A DNA stretch of 62,977 bases, the filler included. It is 7 parts of 7 records of this genome, joined end to end, with 100 filler letters (N's around TTAATTAATTAA, not from the genome) between each part and the next. Parts side by side here need not be neighbours in the genome. Positions count along the whole stretch, not along the records: positions 45,594 to 51,555 come from SRR31156797_18014; positions 51,656 to 57,362 come from SRR31156797_18028; positions 57,463 to 62,977 come from SRR31156797_18040; 4 more parts are not named here. The stretch is one strand, 5' to 3'. How positions within the stretch are numbered: position 1 is the first letter of the stretch; every line of letters begins with the position of its first letter. Shown piece after piece: positions 49,717 through 59,250 of this stretch. Under the pieces are notes generated by a model, which saw only the letters and a list, made by a program, of their open reading frames with translations, ran no database searches and was not told the origin of the DNA. The translations under genes were made by a program, and so were the position numbers.

Positions 49717-50190
49717 TTATTTTACTTCTTCTAATAAAGCTTTTGTATAAAAGCTTTTAGCTGTTTTTGCTATGGCTAAGTCTGCTTCTAATGCAGTTAA
49801 CTTTTTATCTACTACAGATATGGACATAATATCTGCCATAGCTTTTTCACTCATATCATCATATGAATATCTTTTTTCATTTATAGTGACTACATCTTTC
49901 TTTTTATTTTTTGCAGCTTCTTTTTCTGGAAGATTAGGCTCTAATGACACTCCATATGCATTTCTTGCTGTTTTAGCAATAGCAATTTGATCTTGAACTC
50001 TTGTAATCTCTTGATTTGTAACTTTTAATGAAAATACTAATTCTTGAGCTTTTTTGCTTAGATCATTTATATTATATCTTTTATCATTTATAGTAACTGT
50101 CCTATTTGCAAGATTTTCTCCTACTAAATTTATAGTTTCTTCTTTTAGTAATGGATTTTTGCTTGTTTCTTTAGCTTTATTATTTGCCAA
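49717..50190 (-). CDS. tandem DUF6447-like domain protein
   Basis: Two copies of VTIN.KRY...D.S.KA...S......E....AIAKTA...Y; TTG start behind AGGAG. Confidence 0.75.
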   Translation of the reverse strand: MANNKAKETSKNPLLKEETINLVGENLANRTVTINDKRYNINDLSKKAQELVFSLKVTNQEITRVQDQIAIAKTARNAYGVSLEPNLPEKEAAKNKKKDVVTINEKRYSYDDMSEKAMADIMSISVVDKKLTALEADLAIAKTAKSFYTKALLEEVK

Positions 50191-50363
50191 TTTTTTCTCC
50201 TAGTAATTATCTTTATTTTGCAATTATAACATAACAAAGTTATCTATAGTTGAATTGTGTAAATTTTAGATTTTAAACAATTTTCATTTTCATTTCATTT
50301 TAATTATTTATAATTAGTTTAAGCAAACAAGTTATGTAGCTGTTTGTTTCCTTTCGAAATTGT

Positions 50364-50393
50364 GAAAAAGCCTCACTTATATTGTGAGGCTTT
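50364..50393. terminator. hairpin / terminator-like element
   Basis: AAAAGCCTCAC/GTGAGGCTTTT stem. Confidence 0.6.
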
Positions 50394-50583
50394 TGTATAA
50401 CCATAATCATATGCTCTTTGAATATTCATATGGGAATGAGGAATGACCCCTAAATATATGTACAATACTTAATTGAAAATAATCCTCAGTGCCATATGTT
50501 GTGGACTAATACACCGAGTATTGCTTATCATGATTTTTGTGGTATAATTACTTAAATGACGTGTGAATTTATTATAAAGGGGT

Positions 50584-50913
50584 ATGATGGTAGATATTGA
50601 AGAGCTTAAACATGAAATAGTAGAACGACTTAAACCTCTAGATCCAGATAAGATCATTCTATTTGGTTCATATGCTTATGGTACTCCTACTGAAGATAGT
50701 GATATTGATTTGTTTTTGGTGAAAAATAACATTAATAGTAAAACTGTAAGATCTTATACTCTTGAAGCAAAAAAGCAGATCAGAGACTTAGTATTTAAAC
50801 ATAAGGTAGGTTTTGATGTATTATCTGCTCCATCTGAATATATTAACAGTAGAGATGACTATTTCTATAAAGTAGATATATTAGAAAAGGGAAAAGTTAT
50901 CTACGGTGAATAA
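50584..50913 (+). CDS. minimal nucleotidyltransferase (MNT) antitoxin
   Basis: IILFGSYAYG...DSDIDL and GKVIY. Confidence 0.92.
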   Translation: MMVDIEELKHEIVERLKPLDPDKIILFGSYAYGTPTEDSDIDLFLVKNNINSKTVRSYTLEAKKQIRDLVFKHKVGFDVLSAPSEYINSRDDYFYKVDILEKGKVIYGE

Positions 50914-51313
50914 AGTTGCAGCCAAAGAGTGGCTTATCAAAGCTTGGCATAACCTTTCTGGTGCTCATATTTTCTATAATACTAATCATTATACTGATGC
51001 AACAGCAGTAGAGATACACTACGCAGCAGAAAAGGTTCTTAAAAGTATTCAAGCATTTCATAATAAAAAGATACTAAAATCTCATAATTTAACTGAGATA
51101 TATGCAAATATCAATGAATATCTTATAATAGAATCAACTGACTTAGATTTACTTGATATTATTAGTGAATACCATATTGAAGAGTCGTACCCACAATATG
51201 ATAGACCTTTGCCTTCTAAAGAAGAGATAATGCAAGTACTTGACTTTACAGACTCTTTATTCAATCAAGTCTGTACCATCCTCAACATAGATCCAGAAGA
51301 GGTAAAGAAGTAA
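50906..51313 (+). CDS. HEPN domain protein (MNT-HEPN pair)
   Basis: EWL.KA..NL..A, AAEKVLK, KSHNL and YP..LPS.EE; overlaps the MNT gene by 8 bp. Confidence 0.9.
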   Translation: MNKVAAKEWLIKAWHNLSGAHIFYNTNHYTDATAVEIHYAAEKVLKSIQAFHNKKILKSHNLTEIYANINEYLIIESTDLDLLDIISEYHIEESYPQYDRPLPSKEEIMQVLDFTDSLFNQVCTILNIDPEEVKK

Positions 51314-51555
51314 GCCAAGTAGCAATAGCTACCCGGCTTTCTTAGTCTATCTTCTTCTTATTCATTGGGTATTTAGCTCTTTTAGTAAATAAATGCGTCT
51401 GACCCCTATGTTATCTTTGCCATTAGAGAAATTATATATGAATTAAAATTAAAGTGATATGAAGGTTTATTTGTAAAGAATAGATTATATATAAATCATG
51501 ATAGTTTAAGAAAAAGCATAAAAAAGGTCAGACCCCTATTAAAGATTGCCTGATA

Positions 51556-51655
51556 NNNNNNNNNNNNNNNNNNNNNNNNNNNNNNNNNNNNNNNNNNNNT
51601 TAATTAATTAANNNNNNNNNNNNNNNNNNNNNNNNNNNNNNNNNNNNNNNNNNNN
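51556..51655. other. artificial contig spacer
   Basis: N-run containing TTAATTAATTAA. Confidence 0.99.
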
Positions 51656-51690
51656 CCCCTACGGTATGGTTGCTGCTATTTTTCCTTAAA

Positions 51691-53076
51691 CTAAAACTCC
51701 AGATTTCTGGGCGTTCTGGGAAAAGGCAGAACGTCCCTGATATTGGTCACGCCGGTGACCATCATGAGGAAGCGCTCAAAACCGAGTCCAAAACCGGAAT
51801 GGGGGGTCGTGCCGAAGCGCCTGAGATCCAGGTACCACCAGTAATTTTCCTCGGGCATGCCTGTTTCTTCAATACGGGCTTTCAACACGTCCAGCCTCTC
51901 CTCACGCTGGCTGCCGCCGATCAACTCCCCTACCCTGGGTACAAGCACATCCATGGCGGCCACGGTTTCGTTATCGTCATTCAGTCGCATGTAAAACGGC
52001 TTGATGGTTTTTGGATAGTTATAAACGATGACCGGCTTTTTAAAATATTCTTCAGCCAGAAACCTTTCGTGTTCAGTCTGAAGATCCTGTCCAAAGCCGA
52101 TTGGGAACTCGAATTTTTTCCCCGAGGATAAAAGAATATCCATGGCGTCCCTATAGGGAAGCCGTTCGAACTTTTCACGGACCAGGGTATTCAGGTTATC
52201 CATCAAGGTTTTATCCACGAATTTCGCGAACAATTCCAGGTCGTCCGCGCAATTTTCGATAACGCTTCCGGTCATGGCCTTTACCATATCCTCGGCCAGG
52301 TCCATGTTGTCGTCCAGGTCCGCAAAAGCGACTTCAGGCTCTATCATCCAGAATTCCGCGGCATGGCGGGGAGTGTTTGAATTTTCCGCCCGGAACGTGG
52401 GCCCGAAAGTGTATACGCCGCCAAGAGCCTGGGCGAAGGCCTCGGCTTCCAATTGGCCGGACACGGTCAGGTTGGCTTCACGACCGAAAAAATCTTCTGC
52501 AAAAACGTTTTCAGGATCGGACTTTTCTTCCGGTCCTTCGACCGGCATGGTCGTTATACGAAACATTTCACCGGCGCCTTCACAATCGGAGCCGGTGATA
52601 ATGGGGGTATGCAGCCAGTAGTATCCCCGATCCCTGAAAAACTTGTGCACGGCATACGAGCTTTCCGAGCGTATACGAAAGATGGCGCCGAATTTATTCG
52701 TTCGAGGTCTCAAGTGGGCTATGGTTCTTAAGAATTCATCCGTGTGGCGCTTCTTTTGTAAGGGAAAGGATTGGTCCGCCGCGCCGACAAGGCGAACGGC
52801 CGAAGCCCTGAGTTCCCAATTCTGGCCCTTGCCGGGCGATTCCACCAATGAGCCTTCCAGTTCCACTGCCGCGCCGGTTTGGATGTCCTTGAGCGCATCC
52901 GCGCCCTGTACATTATCATCCACAATCGCCTGAATGTTTTTCAGGCAGGAACCGTCATTTATTTCGAGAAATGAAAAGCCCTTGGAATCGCGCTTAGTGC
53001 GCACCCAGCCCTTGATGAGGACGGCCTCAAGCTTGGATTCCGCCTGCAGGGCGTTCTTTACTCGAATTCTTTCCAT
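51691..53076 (-). CDS. asnS: asparagine--tRNA ligase
   Basis: [40 protein letters not shown] and GFGLGFER. Confidence 0.97.
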   Translation of the reverse strand: MERIRVKNALQAESKLEAVLIKGWVRTKRDSKGFSFLEINDGSCLKNIQAIVDDNVQGADALKDIQTGAAVELEGSLVESPGKGQNWELRASAVRLVGAADQSFPLQKKRHTDEFLRTIAHLRPRTNKFGAIFRIRSESSYAVHKFFRDRGYYWLHTPIITGSDCEGAGEMFRITTMPVEGPEEKSDPENVFAEDFFGREANLTVSGQLEAEAFAQALGGVYTFGPTFRAENSNTPRHAAEFWMIEPEVAFADLDDNMDLAEDMVKAMTGSVIENCADDLELFAKFVDKTLMDNLNTLVREKFERLPYRDAMDILLSSGKKFEFPIGFGQDLQTEHERFLAEEYFKKPVIVYNYPKTIKPFYMRLNDDNETVAAMDVLVPRVGELIGGSQREERLDVLKARIEETGMPEENYWWYLDLRRFGTTPHSGFGLGFERFLMMVTGVTNIRDVLPFPRTPRNLEF

Positions 53077-53089
53077 AAAACAATGCTCC

Positions 53090-54094
53090 CTAATAATCTT
53101 GTTGAAATATCTTTTTTATTTCGTTTATGTCTTTGGTCGCCGCCATGGCGGCCATCAAAAGTATGCGCGCCTTTGGTCCCGGCAATCTGCCGCCCAGAAT
53201 GACGCCCTTGTCGGCCAGGTCCACGGCTCCGCCCGAATAGGCGTAAATCGGCCAGACCCCGCCTTCTATACACCTTGTGGTCAAAACAACCGGTATGTTT
53301 TGTTCTATCAGCCCTTCAACGGCCGGGGCGGCGCCCGGGGGGATGTTGCCGGCGCCGAATCCTTCAATCACCAAACCCGCAATACTGTTTTGTCCAAGAA
53401 AATCAATTATGCTTCCATCCATGCCCGTATAACAGGTAACAAGGGGAACGTTGGGTTCAAGCCCCCAGGCTTTCAATGGAGTAGGGCGGATTGCCGAGCG
53501 CCTGGTTAGAATGACGCTGTCCCCGGCGATGTAGCCGACAGGTCCTGTGCCGGGAGATTCAAAGGCGTCTATATTCAAGGAATTAATCTTTGCGACTTCA
53601 CGAGCGGAAAACAACCTGTCCGCCATGAGTACGACGACGCCGAGTTCCGGAGGCAGAGGAAGCAGGCATGCTTTTATGCCGCCCAAGAGGTTGCGAATGC
53701 CGTCATAACCCAGTTCGCTGTGAAAGCGCATGGATCCGGTAAAAACAACCGGTTTTGATGAGAGGATCGTCAGATCGGCCATAAAAGCAGACTCGACCAA
53801 TACATCCGTACCGTGTAATACAACCGCTCCCTGAACTTCCGGGTCAGCCAGGGCGTCGTCTATGTCCTTGGCCAGGCGAAACATCAGTTCCGGCGTCATA
53901 TGGGGACTCGGCCGGTCGCCCCAGTTCACGGGCAGCAGGCTTATGCCGTCCAGTTCCAGGCCGAGTTCCTTCATTAATTGAGCGAAGTCGCCGCTGGGCG
54001 CCACGCCCCGGCCTTCAGGCAAAGGCCGCATGGCAATAGTGCCGCCGGTGAAAAAGATCGCTACTTTATTTGTTTTGCCGCTATTTTTTGGCAT
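53090..54094 (-). CDS. L-asparaginase family amidohydrolase
   Basis: TGGTIAM, PSPHMT, HGTD, TGSMR and GAGN. Start codon uncertain; overlaps the creatininase stop. Confidence 0.9.
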   Translation of the reverse strand: MPKNSGKTNKVAIFFTGGTIAMRPLPEGRGVAPSGDFAQLMKELGLELDGISLLPVNWGDRPSPHMTPELMFRLAKDIDDALADPEVQGAVVLHGTDVLVESAFMADLTILSSKPVVFTGSMRFHSELGYDGIRNLLGGIKACLLPLPPELGVVVLMADRLFSAREVAKINSLNIDAFESPGTGPVGYIAGDSVILTRRSAIRPTPLKAWGLEPNVPLVTCYTGMDGSIIDFLGQNSIAGLVIEGFGAGNIPPGAAPAVEGLIEQNIPVVLTTRCIEGGVWPIYAYSGGAVDLADKGVILGGRLPGPKARILLMAAMAATKDINEIKKIFQQDY

Positions 54095-54830
54095 ATCTCC
54101 AGTTTTGTTCATCCATGCGGTTAACAAAGTCAACGAGGTAATCCACCAGGACGCTTTTCATTTTTTGTCCTTTTTCAACAGTGGCTTTTTCCGGGGCCCC
54201 ACTGGCGCCGTAGTCGGTCAATTCTTCGAAATTCCAAATCAGCTTGATATTGTTATCCATCTCGGGAATCATGCCCTTGGCGTTGCTCAAATCGCAAAGT
54301 TCGGGGAAAATGGCCATGGCAATGGAAGTTTCTCCTTCGCCGCCATGTCCAAGACCGTCCCAGACTTCAAATGTATCCTTGGGCAGCAGGTTGCCGGCCG
54401 TCATCCACCAGGCGTCCAATACGGCCAGGCCCATGTCAGGATACTTGATTTTTATATCCCGGGCCGCGATTTCCAAAGGAGGAATGTTCCCGTCGTGTCC
54501 GTTAACGATCAAAACTTTTTTTATGCCCCAGTAAACCAGGGATTCAAGAACTTCCTTAATAACTACGGTAAGGGTTTCATTGGTCAGACTCACGCACATG
54601 GGTTTGTGGCGATAATGGTTGCTCATGCCATACCACAGGGGCGGGACGACCACTGTATTGTCAAGTCGTTCAGCTACTTCCAGAGCGACGTTATAGCAGA
54701 CAAAAGTGTCGCAACCGAACGGCAGGTGGCCGCCATGGCTTTCCGTGGATCCGATAGCCAGAATGGCCTTGTCTATATTTGCTTCCTGAAAAGAATATTC
54801 GTTATACTCTTCCAGCTTGACTTTTTTCAT
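54081..54830 (-). CDS. creatininase family cyclic amidohydrolase
   Basis: GSTESHGGHLPFGCD, NGHDGN and HGGEGETS. Confidence 0.92.
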   Translation of the reverse strand: MKKVKLEEYNEYSFQEANIDKAILAIGSTESHGGHLPFGCDTFVCYNVALEVAERLDNTVVVPPLWYGMSNHYRHKPMCVSLTNETLTVVIKEVLESLVYWGIKKVLIVNGHDGNIPPLEIAARDIKIKYPDMGLAVLDAWWMTAGNLLPKDTFEVWDGLGHGGEGETSIAMAIFPELCDLSNAKGMIPEMDNNIKLIWNFEELTDYGASGAPEKATVEKGQKMKSVLVDYLVDFVNRMDEQNWRYAKK

Positions 54831-54896
54831 TTCTCAAAACCTCTATCCTGGTTCTTAAATTTGCCCGCCGCACAATAGCGGCGGGCCTCAATCTCA

Positions 54897-56051
54897 TTAC
54901 TTGACTTCAGGCATCCAGACTTCTTCTACTTTGTATTTTCCGTCTTTGACGCTGATGATGGACACGCCCTTAACAGGAACGCCGGTTGGGCGGGAATAGG
55001 TTATTTCTCCGGTAACGGCTTTGAAGCCTTTTGTTTCCGCCAGGGCTTTTCTCAGGGCCGGACCGTCCGTGGAGCCTGCTCTCTTGATGCCGTCGGCAAT
55101 AAGACCGACCGCATCAAAACCAAGGGCGGCAAACGCGTTCTCGGGGGGCCTGCCGTATTCTTTTTCGTAAGCAGCGATAAAATCCAGAACCTCTTGCCTT
55201 GTGTCTTCCCTGTACGTATGCGTGGAGAAGAAAACATCATTGGCCAGTTTGGGGCCGGGCACCGTGGTCACCAGTTCGGTGTCAAAGCCGTCGCCGCTGA
55301 CAATGGGCAGAGTCAGGCCGGATTCACGGATCTGCTTAACAGTCAGGCCTGCTTCGTTGGGGATAGCGGAAATAAAAACCGCATCTGGTTTGGGATTGGT
55401 GTTTTTAAGACGGGCTATCTGGGCGGAAAAGTCCTTATCGCCCATCATAAAGAAGTTTTCGTCAATAACTTTACCGCCGAGTTCCGTAAAGCGCTGCTTG
55501 AAGAACTTGGAAAGGGCCTTGGTAAAGTCCATGGAATTATCGGTCCAGACAACTACATTCTTGGCGCCGAGTTTTTTGAAAGTATAGTCGGCAATAGCGA
55601 ATGACTGGTCGTCGTCGCCGAAAGGAGTCATGAACATATAGTCGCCGACCCACTTCGGCAGCATGGGGTGAGTCGCGCCGGAGGTCACAAAAGGAACTTT
55701 CTTTTCCTGGAACAGGGGCGCGGCGGCCATGACAAAAGTTGTGTCGCCGTATCCGAGCCCGGCGATAACACCGTCGGACAGTGCTTTCTTGGCGCCGGTA
55801 GCGGCCGCTTTCTGGTCGGTTTTGGTATCGATGCCTATAACTTCGAGCTTCTTACCAAGCAGTCCGCCTTTTTCATTGATAAGCTTGGCTTTAAGCTTTG
55901 CACCGTTCAAGGCCGGAGCATCGATTGACGACATGCCGCCGGTCAGGTTGTACAAAGCGCCCAGCTTAATCGTGTCCGCGGCCAGGGCCGGAACCGCCAA
56001 AGCAAGGGACAAGGCTGCAATAGCACACAATAACAATGATTTTCTCCACAT
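54897..56051 (-). CDS. HAAT (Liv-type) ABC substrate-binding protein
   Basis: Signal peptide ALA/AD, IKLG..LTG, INEKGGLLGK, DFSAQI and GDGFD. Confidence 0.92.
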   Translation of the reverse strand: MWRKSLLLCAIAALSLALAVPALAADTIKLGALYNLTGGMSSIDAPALNGAKLKAKLINEKGGLLGKKLEVIGIDTKTDQKAAATGAKKALSDGVIAGLGYGDTTFVMAAAPLFQEKKVPFVTSGATHPMLPKWVGDYMFMTPFGDDDQSFAIADYTFKKLGAKNVVVWTDNSMDFTKALSKFFKQRFTELGGKVIDENFFMMGDKDFSAQIARLKNTNPKPDAVFISAIPNEAGLTVKQIRESGLTLPIVSGDGFDTELVTTVPGPKLANDVFFSTHTYREDTRQEVLDFIAAYEKEYGRPPENAFAALGFDAVGLIADGIKRAGSTDGPALRKALAETKGFKAVTGEITYSRPTGVPVKGVSIISVKDGKYKVEEVWMPEVK

Positions 56052-56102
56052 GATACACTACCTCCTCATCTTGTTTATAATACGGGATTTAATCCCGCGG
56101 GT

Positions 56103-57092
56103 TTATGTGTCTTTCGGAGTGATGAATCCCGGCTCCCTACCTCCGAATATACCGCCCGGCTTGAAAATAAGGATCATTATAAGCACCAGGGACATAAAAA
56201 TCTCGCCAATTCCGTACACTCCGATATTTTCTTCCAAGGGGCGGAAGAATTCAGTGATAACGGAAAAGATCAACGCCGCCACAAGGCTGCCGGTCATGCT
56301 GCCGTTCCCGCCGACAACAACCATTACAACTATATTGAAAGCCATGATCAGGGAAAAGGATTTCGGAGTAATGGCCGTAACCAGGTGAGCCCACAGGCCG
56401 CCGGCTATGCCGGCGAAAAAAGCGCCTATGACCAGAGCGAAAACCCTGGTTCTGAACAAGTTGACTCCCAGGCAGGCGGCGGCGAGTTCATCTTCCCTCA
56501 AGGCCTGCAGGGTGCGTCCGAGAGATGAGAATTTTATCTTCCATCCCGTATATAGAGTTATAACCACCCATGGGAAAACCCACCACAAGGTTGTTGTCGC
56601 CGCTAGTCCGTTTAACCCCAACGGACCGCGGGTTACGGTATCCCAGTTAGTGATAAGAACCTGGACTATAATGAGGAATCCAAGTGTGGCCACGGCCAGA
56701 TAATGGCCTCTAAGGCGCAGAACCGGCACGCCCACGATCAAGGCCGTGAGAGAGGCCAGGGCTCCTCCAATTAAAAGGGCCGGCAAAAAGGGCAGTTCAA
56801 GAGTTCCCAGCCATTGCGGCAGTTCTTCCAGAAACATGGATTTCTTGCGAACCGGGAAAGTCAGAATAGCGGTCACGTATCCGCCTATGGCCATGAAAGC
56901 CGGATGCCCCAGGGAAAAGAGCCCGGTGAGTCCATTGGTGATGTTGAGGCTGAGCGCCAAAATCATGTAGATGCCCACGAAATTTATAATGGACAGAACA
57001 TAGTCGTTCATGGTTCCGCGTAAAACCGCGATAAGTATCACGCCAATGATTATGAAGGCGGCAAAGGCACGGATGTGTCCGTTATTCTTCAT
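56103..57092 (-). CDS. livM: HAAT ABC permease
   Basis: GLFSLGH.AF.AIGGY, LRLRGHYLAVATLGF and ALREDE.AA. Confidence 0.9.
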   Translation of the reverse strand: MKNNGHIRAFAAFIIIGVILIAVLRGTMNDYVLSIINFVGIYMILALSLNITNGLTGLFSLGHPAFMAIGGYVTAILTFPVRKKSMFLEELPQWLGTLELPFLPALLIGGALASLTALIVGVPVLRLRGHYLAVATLGFLIIVQVLITNWDTVTRGPLGLNGLAATTTLWWVFPWVVITLYTGWKIKFSSLGRTLQALREDELAAACLGVNLFRTRVFALVIGAFFAGIAGGLWAHLVTAITPKSFSLIMAFNIVVMVVVGGNGSMTGSLVAALIFSVITEFFRPLEENIGVYGIGEIFMSLVLIMILIFKPGGIFGGREPGFITPKDT

Positions 57093-57362
57093 CAGGCCCT
57101 GTCCTCCATTTTCTTTCCCAGCAATCCGTTAGGCATAAGAAGCAGAATAAGAATAAGCGTCATGAATACAAAAGCATCCCTGTATGCTGAATAGATCGGA
57201 GGCAGAAGGCCTACAAAAAGCACTTCGGCCAATCCTAAAATGTATCCCCCCATAATGGCGCCCGGTATGGAGCCTACGCCTCCGATTACCGCGGCCACAA
57301 ATGATTTTAATCCCGGCACGAAGCCAAGGAGTGGATCTATCTGCCCGAATTTTCCTCCCCAC
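57092..57362 (-). CDS. livH: HAAT ABC permease, 3' part (5' truncated)
   Basis: GLKSFVAAVIGGVGSIPGA..GG and PNGLLG. Confidence 0.88.
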
Positions 57363-57462
57363 NNNNNNNNNNNNNNNNNNNNNNNNNNNNNNNNNNNNNN
57401 NNNNNNTTAATTAATTAANNNNNNNNNNNNNNNNNNNNNNNNNNNNNNNNNNNNNNNNNNNN
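57363..57462. other. artificial contig spacer
   Basis: N-run containing TTAATTAATTAA. Confidence 0.99.
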
Positions 57463-57547
57463 ATAGACGCAATACTGTCGGAAAGTCAATAAGTCAAGAA
57501 CGTCCCCGCATACCTTTTTTCTTTACAATCCCATGATCCGTCGATAA

Positions 57548-57563
57548 TGTTATGCATACGAAA
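57548..57563 (+). promoter_or_regulatory. candidate MarR operator 1
   Basis: TGTTATGCATACGAAA; its reverse complement matches 58009-58024 at 12/16 positions. Confidence 0.5.
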
Positions 57564-57573
57564 GGTTTTGATC

Positions 57574-57987
57574 ATGACCCAATACGAAGACTGCATTATA
57601 TTTCTCTTGGCCAAGGCCTACCAGAAGGCCCATGGCAATTTCAAACAACGTCTTTTGCCCTACGGCATCACGCCGGTTCAGCACCTGATTCTGGAAGTCC
57701 TCTGGGTGGAGGAAGGCTTGACCGTCAGCGAGATCGGAAAACGGCTGGTTCTGGATAATGCGACCCTTTCCGGCACCCTTGATCGCATGGCCGAAAAGGG
57801 TTGGATCCTCAAGGCAACCGACGAGACGGATAAGCGCTTTATCCGCATCTGCCTGACCGGCAAATCAAAGGAAATGAAACCCTCGATTCTGACCGAGAGG
57901 AAGAAGTCCAACGAGGAAATCCTCAGCAACCTCAACCTTGAAGAGAAGGTCCTGCTGAAACGCCTTTTGAAAGACATTCGAGCATAG
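57574..57987 (+). CDS. MarR family transcriptional regulator
   Basis: GITPVQ, LDNATLSGTLDRM..KGW and DKR..RI.LT. Confidence 0.93.
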   Translation: MTQYEDCIIFLLAKAYQKAHGNFKQRLLPYGITPVQHLILEVLWVEEGLTVSEIGKRLVLDNATLSGTLDRMAEKGWILKATDETDKRFIRICLTGKSKEMKPSILTERKKSNEEILSNLNLEEKVLLKRLLKDIRA

Positions 57988-58008
57988 GGGCTTTTTTTGG
58001 ATTTTATA

Positions 58009-58024
58009 ATTTGTATGCAAATCA
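58009..58024 (+). promoter_or_regulatory. candidate MarR operator 2
   Basis: Near-palindrome ATTTGTATGCAAATCA abutting the -10 TATAAT (58005-58010). Confidence 0.55.
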
Positions 58025-58048
58025 ATTTGCCGCCATATGGAGGGCTCC

Positions 58049-59209
58049 ATGCCTGACAGATCAGAAAACGACATCTACCAACAGTTGATCGACTGGCTTC
58101 AAAAGGCCTGGTGGGGACTTCCCGATTCCGAACACCTCATGCCCGCAATCCGCTCCTTCTACACCCCTGAAGAGGCGGCGCTGCTGACGGGCATCCCCTT
58201 TTCAAGCCGCAGCCTGGAGGAGTTGGCCGAAATGAAGGGGATGGCGCCCGAGGCGTTGGCCCCCAGACTGGATGCCCTGGCGCACCGGGCCGCGGTTTGG
58301 CGGAGCCGGAAAGGCGAATCCATCCGCTACAGTTTAAACGATTCATTTTTCTTCTTTATGCGGGGGCCGTACTGGGCCCAACAGCCGGATGAGGCCGCAA
58401 AAAGAGGGGCCAAACCGCTCAACAAATACTTCTATGACGGCTTTATGGACCAGTTTAGAGAGGTTCACGCCAAAGGACTTCGAACGATCCCCATCCATAA
58501 GACCGTTGAAGATCCACGCCGGATTCTGCCCTACGAAGACGTGGTCAAATTCGTGGACTCCCAGGACTGCTGCACGGTCTCCTTCTGCCCATGCCGTCAG
58601 CGGAAACTTCTGGATCCCGATTCCAAGGTCTGCGACCATCCGTTGGAGGTCTGCCTCCACTTTGGCCGGCTCGGGCGCTATATCGTTGAAAACGGCCTGG
58701 GCCGGGAGATCTCACGGGAAGAGACCAAAGAAATCCTCAAACAGTCGGCTGAATCGGGCCTGGTCCATGCCGTCAGCAACTGGCAAGAAGGGGCGGACAC
58801 CATCTGCAATTGCTGTACCTGCTGCTGTCTCTTTTTTGAGGCCTACCACGTCCTGAAGCACCACAAGAGTCACGATGGGTCCAACTACCGGTTGCGCACA
58901 ACGCCCGAAACCTGCAAGGCCTGCGGTTTGTGCGTGGAGCGCTGCCCCATGGACGCGCTCAGCCTGGAGGATTCCCCGGAGGCCATCAACAAAATGGGGA
59001 AGGTCGCCGTGCCTGCCCTGGACAAATGCATCGGCTGCGGCGTATGCGTCTATAAGTGCCCCACCCAATCCCTCATCCTGGCGCGTAAAGATGAGACCTG
59101 TGATCCGCCCAAAGATGTGAGGGAGTGGATGGAGAGGTGGTATGGGGATAAGAAAGCTGCGGGTGCAAAAAAACAGACCCGGCGGAAGAGAGATTCTCCC
59201 AACTTTTAA
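58049..59209 (+). CDS. Cys-rich 4Fe-4S dicluster (polyferredoxin-like) protein
   Basis: CPCR, C..GLVH, ICNCC.CCC and two CxxCxxCxxxCP motifs. ATG at 58049 behind GGAGG. Confidence 0.88.
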   Translation: MPDRSENDIYQQLIDWLQKAWWGLPDSEHLMPAIRSFYTPEEAALLTGIPFSSRSLEELAEMKGMAPEALAPRLDALAHRAAVWRSRKGESIRYSLNDSFFFFMRGPYWAQQPDEAAKRGAKPLNKYFYDGFMDQFREVHAKGLRTIPIHKTVEDPRRILPYEDVVKFVDSQDCCTVSFCPCRQRKLLDPDSKVCDHPLEVCLHFGRLGRYIVENGLGREISREETKEILKQSAESGLVHAVSNWQEGADTICNCCTCCCLFFEAYHVLKHHKSHDGSNYRLRTTPETCKACGLCVERCPMDALSLEDSPEAINKMGKVAVPALDKCIGCGVCVYKCPTQSLILARKDETCDPPKDVREWMERWYGDKKAAGAKKQTRRKRDSPNF

Positions 59210-59250
59210 ACCCGAATATATAAAAGCGCTTGAACAAGGAGGTTTTAATA

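Larger units (their letters stand above)
50444..51539 (+). repeat. three co-oriented (GTCW)GACCCCTA motifs bracketing the TA pair
   Basis: TGACCCCTA at 50444-50452, GTCTGACCCCTAT at 51397-51409 and GTCAGACCCCTAT at 51527-51539, all in very AT-rich DNA. Confidence 0.62.

Noticed and set aside
54030-54878. 282-aa plus-strand ORF; likewise 59260-60216 (318 aa), 55729-56388 and 60505-61116
   Set aside because: These are antisense shadows of well-supported genes in GC-rich DNA, with no family motifs.
20126-57462. Six identical TTAATTAATTAA palindromes in N-runs as a repeat family, and cross-fragment gene associations such as two asparaginases and two peroxiredoxins
   Set aside because: These are artificial 100-bp spacers. 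The flanking fragments differ in composition and apparent taxon, so adjacency has no biological meaning.
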